A DNA stretch of 64,000 bases from an uncultured Chloroflexia bacterium (lineage in GTDB: Bacteria; Chloroflexota; Limnocylindria; Limnocylindrales; CSP1-4). The first letter of the stretch is position 1, and each line of letters begins with the position of its first letter. The notes under the pieces were generated by a model that saw only the letters and a program-made list of their open reading frames with translations, did not search any database and was not told the DNA's origin. This document shows positions 63,755 to 64,000 of the stretch, piece by piece. Position numbers and translations under genes: made by a program. The stretch lies in the NCBI GenBank assembly GCA_963736545.1, contig CAVTPA010000001.1:3372734-3436733 (forward strand), given 5' to 3'.

Positions 63755-64000
63755 ATGCCCGAGGGCGACACGCTCTACCGGACGGCCGCCGGCCTGCGGC
63801 CGCATCTCGTCGGCCGGGTCGTGATCGGGGCCCGGGCCCGCGTCCCCGGACCCCGGGTCGAGCGCCTCGTCGGCGTCCGGATCACCGCCGTCGAGGCCGT
63901 CGGGAAGAACCTCCTCGTCCGCTTCGAGAGCGGCCTCGAGCTGCGGACGCACCTGCGGATGCACGGGTCGTGGCACCGCTATCGACCCGGCGAGGCCTGG
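63755..64000 (+). CDS. nei: Fpg/Nei family DNA glycosylase, truncated at the window edge
   Basis: MPEGDT N-terminus, GKNLL, HLRMHGSW. Confidence 0.9.
   Translation, partial: MPEGDTLYRTAAGLRPHLVGRVVIGARARVPGPRVERLVGVRITAVEAVGKNLLVRFESGLELRTHLRMHGSWHRYRPGEAW

Overview
Very GC-rich bacterial chromosomal window with about 55 protein-coding genes. I saw no rRNA, tRNA, CRISPR array, integrase or transposase. Gene content and many leaderless starts suggest Chloroflexota (possibly Limnocylindria) or an actinobacterium-like lineage (inference). Recognisable content: RelBE-type toxin-antitoxin pair, phosphomannomutase, serine-hydrolase lipoprotein, aminoglycoside nucleotidyltransferase homolog, Mug, tryptophanase, serpin, K+ channel, acyl-CoA dehydrogenase with an isobutyryl-CoA-mutase-like subunit, a SorC-fba-HAD-dhaL-dhaK operon, feoAB, a DUF2089/DUF4097 operon, an AAA/TPR adenylate cyclase, YyaL, MarR with a heterodimeric ABC exporter, tatA, an AlaDH-like enzyme, an acetylpolyamine amidohydrolase, DoxX and Lhr. 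An 8-kb sulfate-activation/sulfotransferase-like block separates lhr from nei. Several genes carry single-base frameshifts, probably long-read errors. The most notable unexplained signal is a set of length-conserved palindromic intergenic elements (two of 109 bp, two of 174 bp, one of 204 bp). One 174-bp copy lies upstream of an XRE-HTH/PD-(D/E)XK-like nuclease gene, suggesting a REPIN/MITE-like system with a non-canonical nuclease. All family assignments come from motif recognition, not database searches.
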